A stretch of 64,000 nucleotides of DNA, taken from NCBI GenBank assembly GCA_951406725.2, contig OX597828.1, forward strand, positions 74,462,001 to 74,526,000, read 5' to 3'. The stretch comes from Octopus vulgaris (taxonomy: Eukaryota). The notes under the pieces were generated by a model, which was not told where the DNA came from, made no database searches, and saw only the letters and a list, made by a program, of their open reading frames with translations. Below, piece by piece: positions 37,620 through 50,582 of this stretch. The translations under genes were made by a program, and so were the position numbers. How positions within the stretch are numbered: the stretch's first letter is position 1; each line of letters opens with the position of its first letter.

Positions 37620-39197
37620 TCACACTGGTTTATCTCTTTGTGTGAAAAAACAATCATTGATGCACTTTTCTTGGAAGTTTCCAGTGCTTTCCAGCAAATT
37701 CTCCCAAAGGTCAGTTTTCTCGTGTCTGCACCACCGTCACATGAATTTGCATGGATACGAGTCAATCATAGAACGGTGTGTACCCCACCGATGCTTGTTA
37801 GCCTGTTTCAAACACGCCCAAGTACTTTCTATTTGTTGGGTATGTGTGTTATCTATGGAGTTACCAAACTTGACGCTGTGGTTCACCGGTCTGTCGAAAA
37901 TTGTATCCCTCTATCTCTGGAATATGTGAATATGCCCTCCACTGGTCACTAAATATTGTGGGTCCTGGGAGAAATCGACTGGTGTATGCACTCCTCCCTT
38001 ATGTTTCAATCTGCCATAAAGAAAAACATGTTAAATTAACAGAAATGAGGCGAAAAATGACTTTTCATTACAAAAATTTTCCCCTGCACTTCTGTTGAGA
38101 AGCCCTGCCCTAGGGTTTTCTTATACGAATTACAATCTCCTGCACCACATACACTCTCAGATATGAGTGAACCATGGACCTTGCAGCTTCGTTTATTGCC
38201 CGTTTAACACTGGCCCAAGTACTTTCTATTTGTTGGGTATGTGTGTTATCTATGGAGTTACCAAACTTGACGCTGTGGTTCACCGGTCTGGAATATGTGA
38301 ATATGCCCTCCACAGGTCACTAAATATTGTGGTTCCTGGGAGAAATCGACTGGTGTATGCATTCCTCCCTTATGTTTCAATCTGCCATAAAGAAAAAAAA
38401 CATGTCTGGTCTCATGACACACTTTGAAAACGCAGTTCATGTAGCACTTAGATTCTCAATTTCAATATTAATTGCACTTTGCTTCTTCCCGGCTGCTTCT
38501 GCAAAGTTTAATTTCTGGGTTGCTACTTTTTGGATTTTTCCTTCTTTACCTGTTACAAACACAGGCATATCCATCAACGCATTAGTCGGCGAGTTCTCTT
38601 CACTAAGTGACAACTCCATAATGTTGAAAAACAGTTTCAGCACAAAGCCAGACACAAACATAATTACAGTTTAACAATAATAATTCCCCTCCAGGGGGGA
38701 ATTAATAACAATTTGCTTTACAAAAGGCAACAAACAGATCGTATCAACAACATAAAATAGAGCAGCTTACGTTCACAACAATAGCAATTCAAAGAAACGT
38801 TTGCAGAATAACCGAGTCATCCAACTAACGTGCAACGAAATGGTTCATATTTGGTTGTCTTAGTTTGAAGAGACTATATGGCTTGTTACTATGGAGACAC
38901 ACCAATACGTCTGGTTATTGATTGGCTAAAATTACCCAAAATGTGCAAACATTTACAAAATCTGTGAGACCCTTATATTCTGAGCAGAGGAAACACACTG
39001 GTTTATCTCTTTGTGTGAAAAAATAATCATTGGTGCACTTTTCTTGGAAGTTTCCAGTGCTTTCCAGCAATTTCTCCCAAAGGTCAGTTTTCTCGTGTCT
39101 GCACCACCGTCACATGAATTTGCAAGGATACGAGTCAATCATAGAACGGTGTGTACCCCACCGATGCTTGTTAGCCTGTTTCAAACACGCCCAAGTA
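37620..39197 (-). repeat. Merlin-derived units plus block B (higher-order repeat copy)
   Basis: Anchors at 37820 and 38217, block B from 38401, Merlin C-terminal segment at ~38995-39197. Confidence 0.85.
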
Positions 39198-40077
39198 TTA
39201 CAATTTGTGATGCAAATGCAAAGTACACAAGAATTATGCAACAGGTGTGTGATACATTTGAAAGCAGGGTACATAGATGCAAGCAGGATATTACAGTTTG
39301 TGATGCAAATGCAAAGTACACAAGAATTATGCAACAGGTGTGTAATACATTTGAAAGCAGGGTACATAGATGCAAGCAGGATATTAGTTTGTGATGCAAA
39401 TGCAAAGTACACAAGAATTATGCAACAGGTGTGTAATACATTTGAAAGCAGGGTACATAGATGCAAGCAGGATATTACAGTTTGTGATGCAAATGCAAAG
39501 TACACAAGAATTATGCAACAGGTGTGTAATACATTTGAAAGCAGGGTACATAGATGCAAGCAGGATATTACAGTTTGTGATGCAAATGCAAAGTACACAA
39601 GAATTATGCAACAGGTGTGTAATACATTTGAAAGCAGGGTACATAGATGCAAGCAGGATATTAGTTTGTGATGCAAATGCAAAGTACACAAGAATTATGC
39701 AACAGGTGTGTAATACATTTGAAAGCAGGGTACATAGATGCAAGCAGGATATTAGTTTGTGATGCAAATGCAAAGTACACAAGAATTATGCAACAGGTGT
39801 GTAATACATTTGAAAGCAGGGTACATAGATGCAAGCAGGATATTAGTTTGTGATGCAAATGCAAAGTACACAAGAATTATGCAACAGGTGTGTAATACAT
39901 TTGAAAGCAGGGTACATAGATGCAAGCAGGATATTAGTTTGTGATGCAAATGCAAAGTACACAAGAATTATGCAACAGGTGTGTAATACATTTGCAAGCA
40001 GGATATTAGTTTGTGATGCAAATGCAAAGTACACAAGAATTATGCAACAGGTGTATAATACATTTGCAAGCAGGATA
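39197..40077. repeat. 91/93-bp tandem satellite (~10 units)
   Basis: ATTA(CA)GTTTGTGATGCAAATGCAAAGTACACAAGAATTATGCAACAGG... near-identical units, the last two shortened. Confidence 0.95.
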
Positions 40078-41448
40078 CTTTCTCTCTCTTACCTCATGCT
40101 CTCTTTCTCTCTCCCTCCCTTTCTCTATCTCTATCTCAGCCCTCATTTCTCTCTCTCTCCATTCTCTTACTCTATATATTTTTCTATATCACTCCGTCAC
40201 TCTTCTTTCTCTCTCTTATCTCATGCTCTCTTTCTCTCTTCCCCCTTTTCTCTCTCTCTCAGCCCTCCTTTCTCTCTGTCTCCATTCCCTTACTCTATAT
40301 ATTTTTCTATATCACTCCGTCACTCTACTTTCTCTCTCTTACCTCATGCTCTCTTTCTCTCTCCCTCCGTTTCTCTCTCTCTCTCTCTCTCAGCCCTCAT
40401 TTCTCTCTCTCTCTCCATTCCCCTACTCTATATATTTTTCTATATCACTCCGTCACTCTACTTTCTCTCTCTTACCTCATGCTCTCTTTCTCTCTCCCTC
40501 CCTTTCTCTCTCTCTCTCTCTCAGCCCTCCTTTCTCTCTCTCTCCATTCCCTTACTCTATATATTTTTCTATATCACTCCGTCACTCTACTTTCTCTCTC
40601 TTACCTCATGCTCTCTTTCTCTCTCCCTCCCTTTCTCTCTCTCTCTCTCTCTCTCTCAGCCCTCATTTCTCTCTCTCTCCGTTCCCTTACTCTATATATT
40701 TTTCTATATCACTCCGTCACTCTACTTTCTCTCTCTTACCTCATGCTCTCTTTCTCTCTCCCTCCCTTCCTCTCTCTCTCTCTCAGCCCTCATTTCTCTC
40801 TCTCTCAGCCCTCATTTCTCTCTCTCTCCATTCCCTTACTCTATATATTTTTCTATATCACTCCGTCACTCTACTTTCTCTCTCTTACCTCATGCTCTCT
40901 TTCTCTCTCCCTCCCTTCTTCTCTCTCTCTCTCAGCCCTCCTTTCTCTCTCTCTCCATTCCCTTACTCTATATATTTTTCTATAACACTCCGTCACTCTT
41001 CTTCCTCTCTCTTACCTCATGCTCTCTTTCTCTCTCCCTCCCTTCCTCTCTCTCTCTCTCTCTCTCAGCCCTCATTTCTCTCTCTCCATTCCCTTACTCT
41101 GTATATTTTTCTATATGACTCCGTCACTCTTCTTCCTCTCTCTTACCTCATGCTCTCTTTCTCTCTCCCTCCCTTCCTCTCTCTCTCTCTCTCTCAGCCC
41201 TCATTTCTCTCTCTCCATTCCCTTACTCTGTATATTTTTCTATATGACTCCGTCACTCTTCTTTCTCTCTCTTACCTCATGCTCTCTTTCTCTCTTCCTC
41301 TCTCTCTCTCTCAGCCTTCCTTTCTCTCTCTCCCCCTCCTTTACTCTATATATTTTTCTATATCACTCCGTCACTCTACTTTCTCTCTCTTACCTCATGC
41401 TCTCTTTCTCTCTCCCTCCCTTCCTCTCTCTCTCTCTCAGCCCTCATT
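40078..41448. repeat. CT-rich ~120-bp minisatellite (~11 units)
   Basis: Recurring TATATCACTCCGTCACTCT..TTACCTCATGCTCTC..CTCAGCCCTC with variable (CT)n. Confidence 0.9.
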
Positions 41449-41945
41449 TCGCAATAATATCATGGCGATGACAGTACTGCTGCCCTGGGAGAAGTTCTCG
41501 CGTTACCTCAACCCACTTTGGGTTACATGTAAAGGTAATGAATAAATCGGGTCGCCCATAATGCCGAACGTAAGTCATAACGTCTTGTGTTTGCTCGTGC
41601 ATGTACTGTGGGCCCCCTGTATAGGTTGAGGGGAGAATGCACATTTTGCCGATATTGTGTCATTCCTGATGCCTTCACGCAAATGGATGTAGGAGTCTGA
41701 GCGCAGCTGCTTCTGATTCAATTTGATGAAGCACAGTCTCTCGGACTCCATCTTTGCAGCCATGTCAACTGCAAACTGGTGAAACAGTTCCCGTGATCTG
41801 TGCAGGGGGTTGAAATCATTATACCTTGTCATGAAGCGGTATGAGTAAAAAGCCATACATGAAACAGTTTTAGATGTTGCAGCAGTGGGCTCGTTTGCTT
41901 TGTGGTGAGGAATGCCGAAATGGTACCCGTCTTCTCCTTACGGAA
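41449..41945 (-). mobile_element. Helitron Rep/helicase fragment
   Basis: FYSYRFMTR..ELFHQFAVDMAAKMESERL..NQKQLR and ILPSTYTGGPQYM..YVRHYGRPDLFITFTCNPKW. Confidence 0.9.
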
Positions 41946-43686
41946 AAAGAAAAGGAAACTGCAGAGCGTCATTATGACCGATGCGTCTCATTAATACGCT
42001 GAAGACCACTGTCGCGGCTTTGAAGAACTATGTCTCACTGATTGTGCCACACAGTGGGACTGAACCCAGGACCATGTGTTTGGAACGTAGTTTGTTACCA
42101 CACAGCCACACCTGCCCATGTGTGTGTATGGGTAGATATATTATGCATGTATATATGTGTATATATATGTGTACATATTACATGTACATCTATATATATA
42201 TATACATCTACACATAAAATACAAAGTTATATCTTGATATCGCTAGTGATAACAATACTTAAAATATATAACAGACTGGAATTGTAGGCCCGTCTCTTGC
42301 AATTTCGATCAATTGGATCTTGTCCTCCCTCTTGTATAGAATTGGACGGCTGCAGCGAAATTCATTTTTGAACTTTCTTCTATCAAAGGCATTTAAACAA
42401 AAATGCTTCCGTAAAGACGGTGAAAATATTGTCAATTTCCCCAAACAGGGACACGATTCAATTTTGAAACAATAACCAAAGCCCCTTCTCCGAAAGGGGG
42501 AGGGTTACGGTTTACAATTATTTAACAAATGCAACACAACAACGTTTCCCTGACGAGGAACCAACAAGCGTGATTACAATAGTCAATCAGTAATAATAAT
42601 AAAAACAAACCTTTTTAATTTATCCCCATTTATGTGAAACCACTTGTTCAAGTCGTTGATGCAATTTTATACGAATTGCTAATACACACACACACATAAT
42701 AAGGGTGAAAAATTGAATATTAATTTGATTAATATGAATTGAAAACCAGTGGTGTAGCATATAAGACCATAGCGGATCTTCCTCTAGCAAAAAGGATGAC
42801 CAGTATTAATGGCTCATCCCTGTTATATAAATTACTTTCACTTTAATTGTTGCACACTTGCAAAGAGAAAGTAGGAGAAACTGTGGTGGTAATGGAAGGA
42901 GTGAAGCACTTGAAATGAAAGAGGCAAATCGTTAAATATTGAGTTTTCTCGAATTTTTGCTTAATTGGGGGTCAAATTGAAAAAACTTTACATGCCATGA
43001 CCCAATTGAAGAAATTCTATATTGTAGAACTGTATTAAAAAGAAACATGGGAACAGACAGAGAAAATCTGCCTTTTATCATAAGAGTCCACGTGTATAAA
43101 ATATTAAGAACATGTGGATACATGCGAAGAAAATAAAACAATATCCACATCAGTTTAGTTATTTCGTGTTGCATATATATTCATAATTACCAATAACTGT
43201 CATGTTCCCAGACAATTCTTAAAGAACAAAATAAAAACTTTGATATACAGTGTCAGTTATGAGGGGACGATGTCATTTACCCGCCTGTTTCAGCCTGGCT
43301 TTTTTTGTCTATGTCATGAAGGAAGGTTGTGTGGGTGAATGATATCGTATACCAATATCAAAGGATTTCTGTTATTACACGAATTATGATTTTAGGATTG
43401 CAGCTGAAAATTGAACGTGGGTTCCCAAACGGTGCATTACCACATATTGAAGTTTCGTAAGATATAGAGGTCTGGCGAAAATATCAAAATTTTATTTTGT
43501 AAATGAAAGTTACAAACTGAAATTCTAAATATACAATGCTTCATTTATTGAGTAAAGATCTCGATATCTAATAATTTGCTATAGCTTAAAAGGCTTACTT
43601 GTTACCCACACTGTTTACAATTTTCAAACGAACGTTAAGTACGTCACAATATAGCTGTCTACGTCACAGTAACACTATGCAGCTGC

Positions 43687-45497
43687 GAAAATTGTATCCC
43701 TCTATCTCTGGAATATGTGAATATGCCCTCCACAGGTCACTAAATATTGTGGTTCCTGGGAGATATCGACTGGTGTATGCATTCCTCCCTTATGTTTCAA
43801 TCTGCCATAAAGAAAAAACATGTCTGGTCTCGTGACACACTTTGAAAACGCACTGTTCATGTAGCACTTAGATTCTCAATTTCAATATTAATTGCACTTT
43901 GCTTCTTCTCGGCTGCTTCTGCAAAGTTTAATTTCTGGGTTGCTACTTTTTGGATTTTTCCTTCTTCACCTGTTACAAACACAGACATATCCATTAACGC
44001 ATTAGTTGGCGAGTTCTCTTCACTAAGTGACAACTCCATAATGTTGAAAAACAGTTTCAGCACAACGCCAGACACAAACATAATTACAGTTTAACAATAA
44101 TAATTCCCCTCCAGGGGGGAATTAATAACAATTTGCTTTACAAAAGGCAACAAACAGATCGTATCAACAACATAAAATAGAGCAGCTTATGTTCACAACA
44201 ATAGCAATCCAAAGAAACGTTTGCAGAATAACCGAATAATCCAACTAACGTGCAACGAAATGGTTCATATTTGGTTGTCTTAGTTTGAAGAGACTATATG
44301 GCTTGTTACTATGGAGACAGACACCAATACGTCTGGTTATTGATTGGCTAAAATTACCCAAAATGTGCAAACATTTACAAAATCTGTGAGACCCTTATAT
44401 TCTGAGCAGAGGAAACACACTGGTTTATCTCTTTGTGTGAAAAAATAATCATTGGTGCACTTTTCTTGGAAGTTTTCAGTGCTTTCCAGCAAATTCTCCC
44501 AAAGGTCAGTTTTCTCGTGTCTGCACCACCGTCACATGAATTTGCAAGGATACAAGTCAATCATAGAACGGTGTGTACCCCACCGATGCTTGTTAGCCTG
44601 TTTCAAACACGCCCAAGTACTTTCTATTTGTTGGGTATGTGTGTTATCTATGGAGTTACCAAACTTGACGCTGTGGTTCACCGGTCTGTCGAAAATTGTA
44701 TCCCTCTATCTCTGGAATATGTGAATATGCCCTCCACAGGTCACTAAATATTGTGGGTCCTGGGAGATATCGACTGGTGTATGCACTCCTCCCTTATGTT
44801 TCAATCTGTCATAAAGAAAAACATGTTAAATTAACAGAAATGAGGCGAAAAATGACTTTTCATTACAAAAATTTTGCCCTGCACTTCTGTTGAGAAGCCC
44901 TGCCCTAGGGTTTTCTTATACGAATTACAATCTCCTGCACCACATACACTCTCAGATATGAGTGAACCATGGACCTTGCAGCTTCGTTTATTGCCCGTTT
45001 AACACTGGCCCAAGTACTTTCTATTTGTTGGGTATGTGTGTTATCTATGGAGTTACCAAACTTGACGCTGTGGTTCACCGGTCTGTCGAAAATTGTATCC
45101 CTCTATCTCTGGAATATGTGAATATGCCCTCCACAGGTCACTAAATATTGTGGTTCCTGGGAGATATCGACTGGTGTATGCATTCCTCCCTTATGTTTCA
45201 ATCTGCCATAAAGAAAAAACATATCTGGTCTCGTGACACACTTTGAAAACGCACTGTTCATGTAGCACTTAGATTCTCAATTTCAATATCAATTGCACTT
45301 TCCTTCTTCCTGGCTGCTTCTGCAAAGTTTAATTTCTGGGTTGCTACTTTTTGGATTCTTCCTTCTTCACCTGTTACAAACACAGACATATCCATCAACG
45401 CATTAGTTGGCGAGTTCTCTTCACTAAGTGACAACTCCATAATGTTGAAAAACAGTTTCAGCACAAAGCCAGACACAAACATAATTACAGTTTAACA
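43687..45497 (-). repeat. Merlin-derived units plus two block B copies (higher-order repeat)
   Basis: Anchors at 44615 and 45012, block B at 43819 and 45220. Confidence 0.85.
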
Positions 45498-45504
45498 AAT
45501 AGAG

Positions 45505-45648
45505 AATACCAAACTCATTCCCTATGGATACCGTATTTATTACAACGCGTGGCTTGTAAACGTATCTAACGAGCGAAAGCGTGTTAGATACGTTTACAAG
45601 CCACTCGTTGTAATAAATACGGTATCCATAGGGAATGAGTTTGGTATT
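45505..45648. repeat. 144-bp near-perfect hairpin
   Basis: 66-bp arms (45505-45570 and 45583-45648) with one mismatch, closed by GAGC-GAAA-GCGT. Confidence 0.95.
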
Positions 45649-46723
45649 TTATTTATTACACACGAATAAACGACCATATTTTTATTAACCCAATAACAAT
45701 TCTTCACATCGTGTTGAAGCGCGCATGAATACAGCTTGATTTCACGTCAGTGATGTCACAATGTGTAACTGTAAAAGATGTCATGCCGCAGGAAGATAGT
45801 CCGACTTTATAGCACTAAGTTTTCAGGTGAAATGACTGATAACGGATGACTGTTTAACATTTTGTTAACATAAGTTCACGTTCAAGAAAAACGAGATAAA
45901 GAAAATACACAGAATGTCACAAAGTTCACTTTTGTCGATAGATTCAATTGGACGCGTGTCGCCATGAAAGCTAACAATTGTTTAACATCATTGTTTGTTT
46001 TCCAAAGAGCGTTTTTATTTTGATTACCTTGAACGAATTTGTCTATTCCAGAATGATCATACCTCGGTTGAAATTCAAGTTCATTATTGCTCTCATCAAA
46101 GAAATCGTCACGTAGAAGTTCGTTGTACACCTCATCAGGGATGTTAGATCTAGGGTTCGATGACAATCCACTCGTCGATGACACTGTTTCAGGTACCTTT
46201 GTTAACCTGTATCCAGCAACATGTCGAACTTGGCCAGTATTGATCTTCACTTTGAACATTCTGTATGTTCCAAGAGGTTGAACAACGGATAACACTCTTC
46301 CCCCATCTTTACCATCAATCTTAACAAAATCATTCACCTTGATATCGACAACAGTAGCCATCTTGTTGATAGATCTACCTGCACTGCAAGAGTATCAACG
46401 AGCAGATGAAATATGTTGTGATTTTTTTGGCAACAAAAAATTGAATTACCACCAGAAATGTTTATATTTTATGTGTATATGACTTCAAGTGATATCTGGT
46501 ATAAAAAAGATAGTATGTTTGTTTAATTACATGGCAACATTCTACCTGCTCATGAAAGTAATGAATGAAGTTTAGTTGTAACTTATGAATGACAAAAGTA
46601 GTGCCGTCACCGTGGCCTCGGGTCATCACCCTGGATTGACCAATCAGAAGCAGCGCTCGCAGTATCTGACATATGTTAGATACCAAAAATATCTCCAAGT
46701 ATTCTCACTCACGTGTGTAATAA
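45505..46723 (-). mobile_element. Crypton-like (tyrosine recombinase) element, internally deleted
   Basis: ORF 45882-46361 ends with IDKFVQGNQNKNALWKTNNDVKQLLAF, resembling the region N-terminal to the YR domain in CryptonA/KCTD1/ZMYM-type proteins. Bounded by 13-bp inverted TTTATTACACACG / CGTGTGTAATAAA, with the long hairpin adjacent. Confidence 0.55.
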
Positions 46724-48071
46724 AACATTGAGACGAGACGTGGTTTGACACAAACCACATCAAAGAGACCCAAAAATATGGAGGTGAAGTGTGGCTGGCA
46801 GCAATAATGCAATTAAAATAACGATGATGATGCTTTCAGATTTTGGTATCAGGTCAGCAGTATGGGAGGGGTGGGGTTGATTTGTGGTTAAGGGGAGGCA
46901 ATTATTGATTTATCAAGGAATTTAAATGCTTAACAGTGGCTCATATATTCTTAACAGAATACAGTAAAATACCACTGTTAAATTAAGTTATGCAGTCTTT
47001 GACTGGTCCTTACTTTTATCAACCCTGAACAGGTGAAAGGTAAAGTCAACCTCGGCATCATTTGAACTCAAAATCTAATGCTGCTTTCTATGCATTCTGT
47101 CTGGTGCAGTAACAATTCCTCTGGGTCACCACAAAAAGCAAAGAGACCAGAAATGCTTTAAAAAATTCTCTCTCTTGTCCACATTCTGTAAAGACTCTAT
47201 ATAACTGAACTTTCAATAATAGACACTTGTTATAATCTTGGCCAAACATTTACTTTGATGTTGTCCGTCCCTGTGAAACTTGTTGATTTGATCGTTTAAA
47301 CATTTGTCTGAATTCTACTTTGTAATTTGAAACTGTTAAAATCCCTTTGTTTTATATGTATTTGTACCACTGCCTAACAAAAAAATTGTTGGAACTAATT
47401 TGCTATGTATATGAATAAATTGATTTAAAAACTACATGCTTTTCAAATTCAGGTGCATTTTCAAACCCCACAATTCTGTAATGCAAAGATTTTTTTCTGG
47501 CTAAACTGCCCTTGCTCAACCTGAACAAAACAGAACTTGCTTGCACCACAGGTAAACATGTATTCTCTAGATATAATTGAAATTAGTTAATTCTCAACTC
47601 CTCCTCGTCTGTATTGGTACCCATAGTTCTTCCGCCATAACCATAGATAAATTGGGGACCACTAATTAATTTCTACTCAGCAATTATATATACCTTAAAA
47701 CATGTACATCTGCCCCAGTCCAATAACTTTTTCCATTTCCTGCACACAACACTCATTACTTCACATCAACTTTTCACTCTCATATGCGTATGTACCTACC
47801 TTTCGTTCTATATTAATTTACACGTGACTGTGCATTCGTGTGTGTGTGTGTGTAGACCTAGGCGTGCAAAGATGTATGGCAGGATAAATATGCACATGCA
47901 TTTATTTACACACCACCCTCCTAGATTCTAGCTCATCCCCCTGACCTCCCCACCTCTTTTTGTCATCTGATTACAAGTATATTTATTTTACTTTTGATAC
48001 TAACCATAACGGTTTAGGCATTTGCACTCACATAAAAGTATAAAAAGAATATTATGGAAAAATATATTGTG

Positions 48072-48106
<35 letters not shown>

Positions 48107-48974
48107 TTATTTATTTATTATAACATATCATAGTTTATTGAGATGTGTAATGTTAGATTAGAAAGGTGGCAAGTTGGCAGAATCGTTAGCACACCGGGTG
48201 GAATACTTAGAGGTATTTCGTTTGTCTTTACGTTCTGAGTTCAAATTCTGCCGAGGTCAGCTTTGCCTTTCACCCTTACGGGTTTGATAAATTAAGTACC
48301 AGTTGCATACTGGGGTCGATCTCGATCTAATCGTCTGGTCTCCACCCCAAAAAAATTTCGGGCCTTGTGCCTAGAGCAGAACAGGAGATTATAGATTAGC
48401 ATTTAAATTCCTTGATAAATCAATAATTGCCTCCCCTTAACCACAAATACTCGTAACTGTCCCATTCCATTTAATACTCTTCCAAGATGCACCAATAGAA
48501 GCAATGCATGACCCCCCCCCTTCCATTGTTTACCTTTTTGCTCCGTCGATTAACGGTCTCTTAATGGCCAGCCTTTTGTTTTTCTTTATTAACTGACCAA
48601 TAGTATCCTCTTACTGTCTAGTTCAGTCCGACTCCTGATCCAGGGGTGAAGTAAAATACGTAGGTAATCAATAAATAATAAATTCCAGTCGGTCACCTGT
48701 TAATTAGTTCTATAACAAACTAGTATTTCTAATTAGGTTTCTTCAGCATGTAGCACCAATTGATTACCATTCTCACTTTCTTTTTATTTGCCTTTTCACT
48801 CTGATGTACTTCCGTGATTCAAATTGGTATAATTAATTACGATGATCACTATTATTATTATTACGCGAACGGAAACAGCTGTCAGTTGAGATTTTGTCTT
48901 TTTGTGATTAACAATTTTATTTCCATCAATTATTTATTCATCAATTGTATCTCTATTTTCTGCTTTCCTTGTAT

Positions 48975-49198
48975 TTGTGTGTGTGTGGTATATATATATA
49001 TATGTGTGTGTATATATATATACATACATACATATGTGTGTGTGTGTATATATATATATATACATACATATGTGTGTGTGTGTATATATATATACATACA
49101 TATATGTGTGTGTGTGTATATATATATATATATACATACATGTGTGTGTGTATATATATATATATATATACATACATATGTGTGTGTGTGTGTATATA

Positions 49199-49233
<35 letters not shown>

Positions 49234-49260
49234 GTATATGTGTGTGTTTTTGTGTATGTG
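48975..49260. repeat. (TA)n/(TG)n compound microsatellite
   Basis: Simple repeats. Similar tracts at 50830-51020, 52450-52710, 53120-53605, 62315-62515 and 62760-63010; (CT)n at 50487-50580 and 61643-61689; (TCTA)n at 61012-61090. Confidence 0.95.
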
Positions 49261-49696
49261 GTAATATATAATAAGAATGTATGTGTATGCATACTTCTAC
49301 CTAAATTTACTAACTACATACATTTGCACCTGTATATAAATGGGTATTTTTCAATGTACTTTTATTAAATGAAAGACGTTAAAATTTGAAGTAAAAAACG
49401 AAATAATGTCAATGTTTGTAATCAGAAATCTGAAGATTCACAGCAACCTTTTAAATATTTGTTCCCCTCCTCCTCTCATTATTCTCTCTCTATGTGGTGG
49501 CCATTAAGTGTGGATACAGGGGCGAAAATGCATATTTTCAAAAATAGTTTTATTGCAACTGCATCAGAGAGAGTAGCTGGTTGCCCTGAACCCAATGGAG
49601 TATATCCACATTTCCACCAGTTTGCAATATAGGTAATCCCGTCTGACCAAGCCCCCGACCCCTATGTGTCCTGTGTATTGTCCCCGCTTTGTTTAA

Positions 49697-49918
49697 CCCT
49701 TTAGTGTTTGCATTATTCTGCCAAAATTAATCCTTTTTTATCCAAATTGTTTTGAACTAATCATTCATTAATCTTGTAGTTATGAGATTTTGATGAGGTA
49801 GCTGTTAATTTTTAAAACGATATTGTCGGGCTGGTGTGAGAGACCAGATCTGGCCAGTTTGAACATAAAACAGGCAGAATACTTTTGGCCAGATATGGCC
49901 AGTTTAAATGCTAAAGGG
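49697..49918. mobile_element. piggyBac-like MITE
   Basis: TTAA-CCCTTTAG ... CTAAAGGG-TTTA ends. Same family as 649-1085. Confidence 0.65.
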
Positions 49919-50484
49919 TTTAAACCCTTGTGGTTTTAATAAAATCATTGTGTCACCCTCTATATACACCATCATTTAACGTCCGTTGTCCATGCTGGCA
50001 TGGGTTGGACGGTTTGACAAGTCTACTTTGGTTTGGATTGCTATGGCTGGATGCCCTTCCTATTAACACCAACCGTTTTGCAGTGTGTCGAGTGCTTTTT
50101 ACATGCATTGACACCACAGAGCTCTGCAAAGTAAAAGCCTCTAAGCTGAGACGGAAGCAACACACACACACACACTTTTCCTACTTTATTTTTTCCCCCT
50201 TTTGTCTCCCTACTCATGAAATGTGTCAAATTTATGAGACTATGGATAAAATCCAAAAAGTGTGTGTGTGTAGTTGCAACTTACAGAAAGCAAAAATACA
50301 AATGGAATTATTTTAACGCTATGAGTTCATTCTATTCATATTATGTTCTTTTTCTATCCTGTAATAAAACGATTGTGACTTGGCAATTAAAAATAAAATA
50401 ATTCACTAAATTCCAGTCTCTGTTTTTATTTTTGTATATTCTTTATTGTTCCTTTTCTCCAGAATTATGAACTTTCAATTCCAG

Positions 50485-50582
<98 letters not shown>

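Noticed and set aside
39197-40077. 91/93-bp array as a CRISPR array or repeat protein
   Set aside because: No unique spacers, no cas genes and a eukaryotic context. The 91-bp units shift the reading frame.
39850-41545. 422-aa and 510-aa ORFs rich in Ser/Leu/Pro/Phe
   Set aside because: Artefacts of the CT-rich minisatellite, which lacks stop codons. No domain signal.
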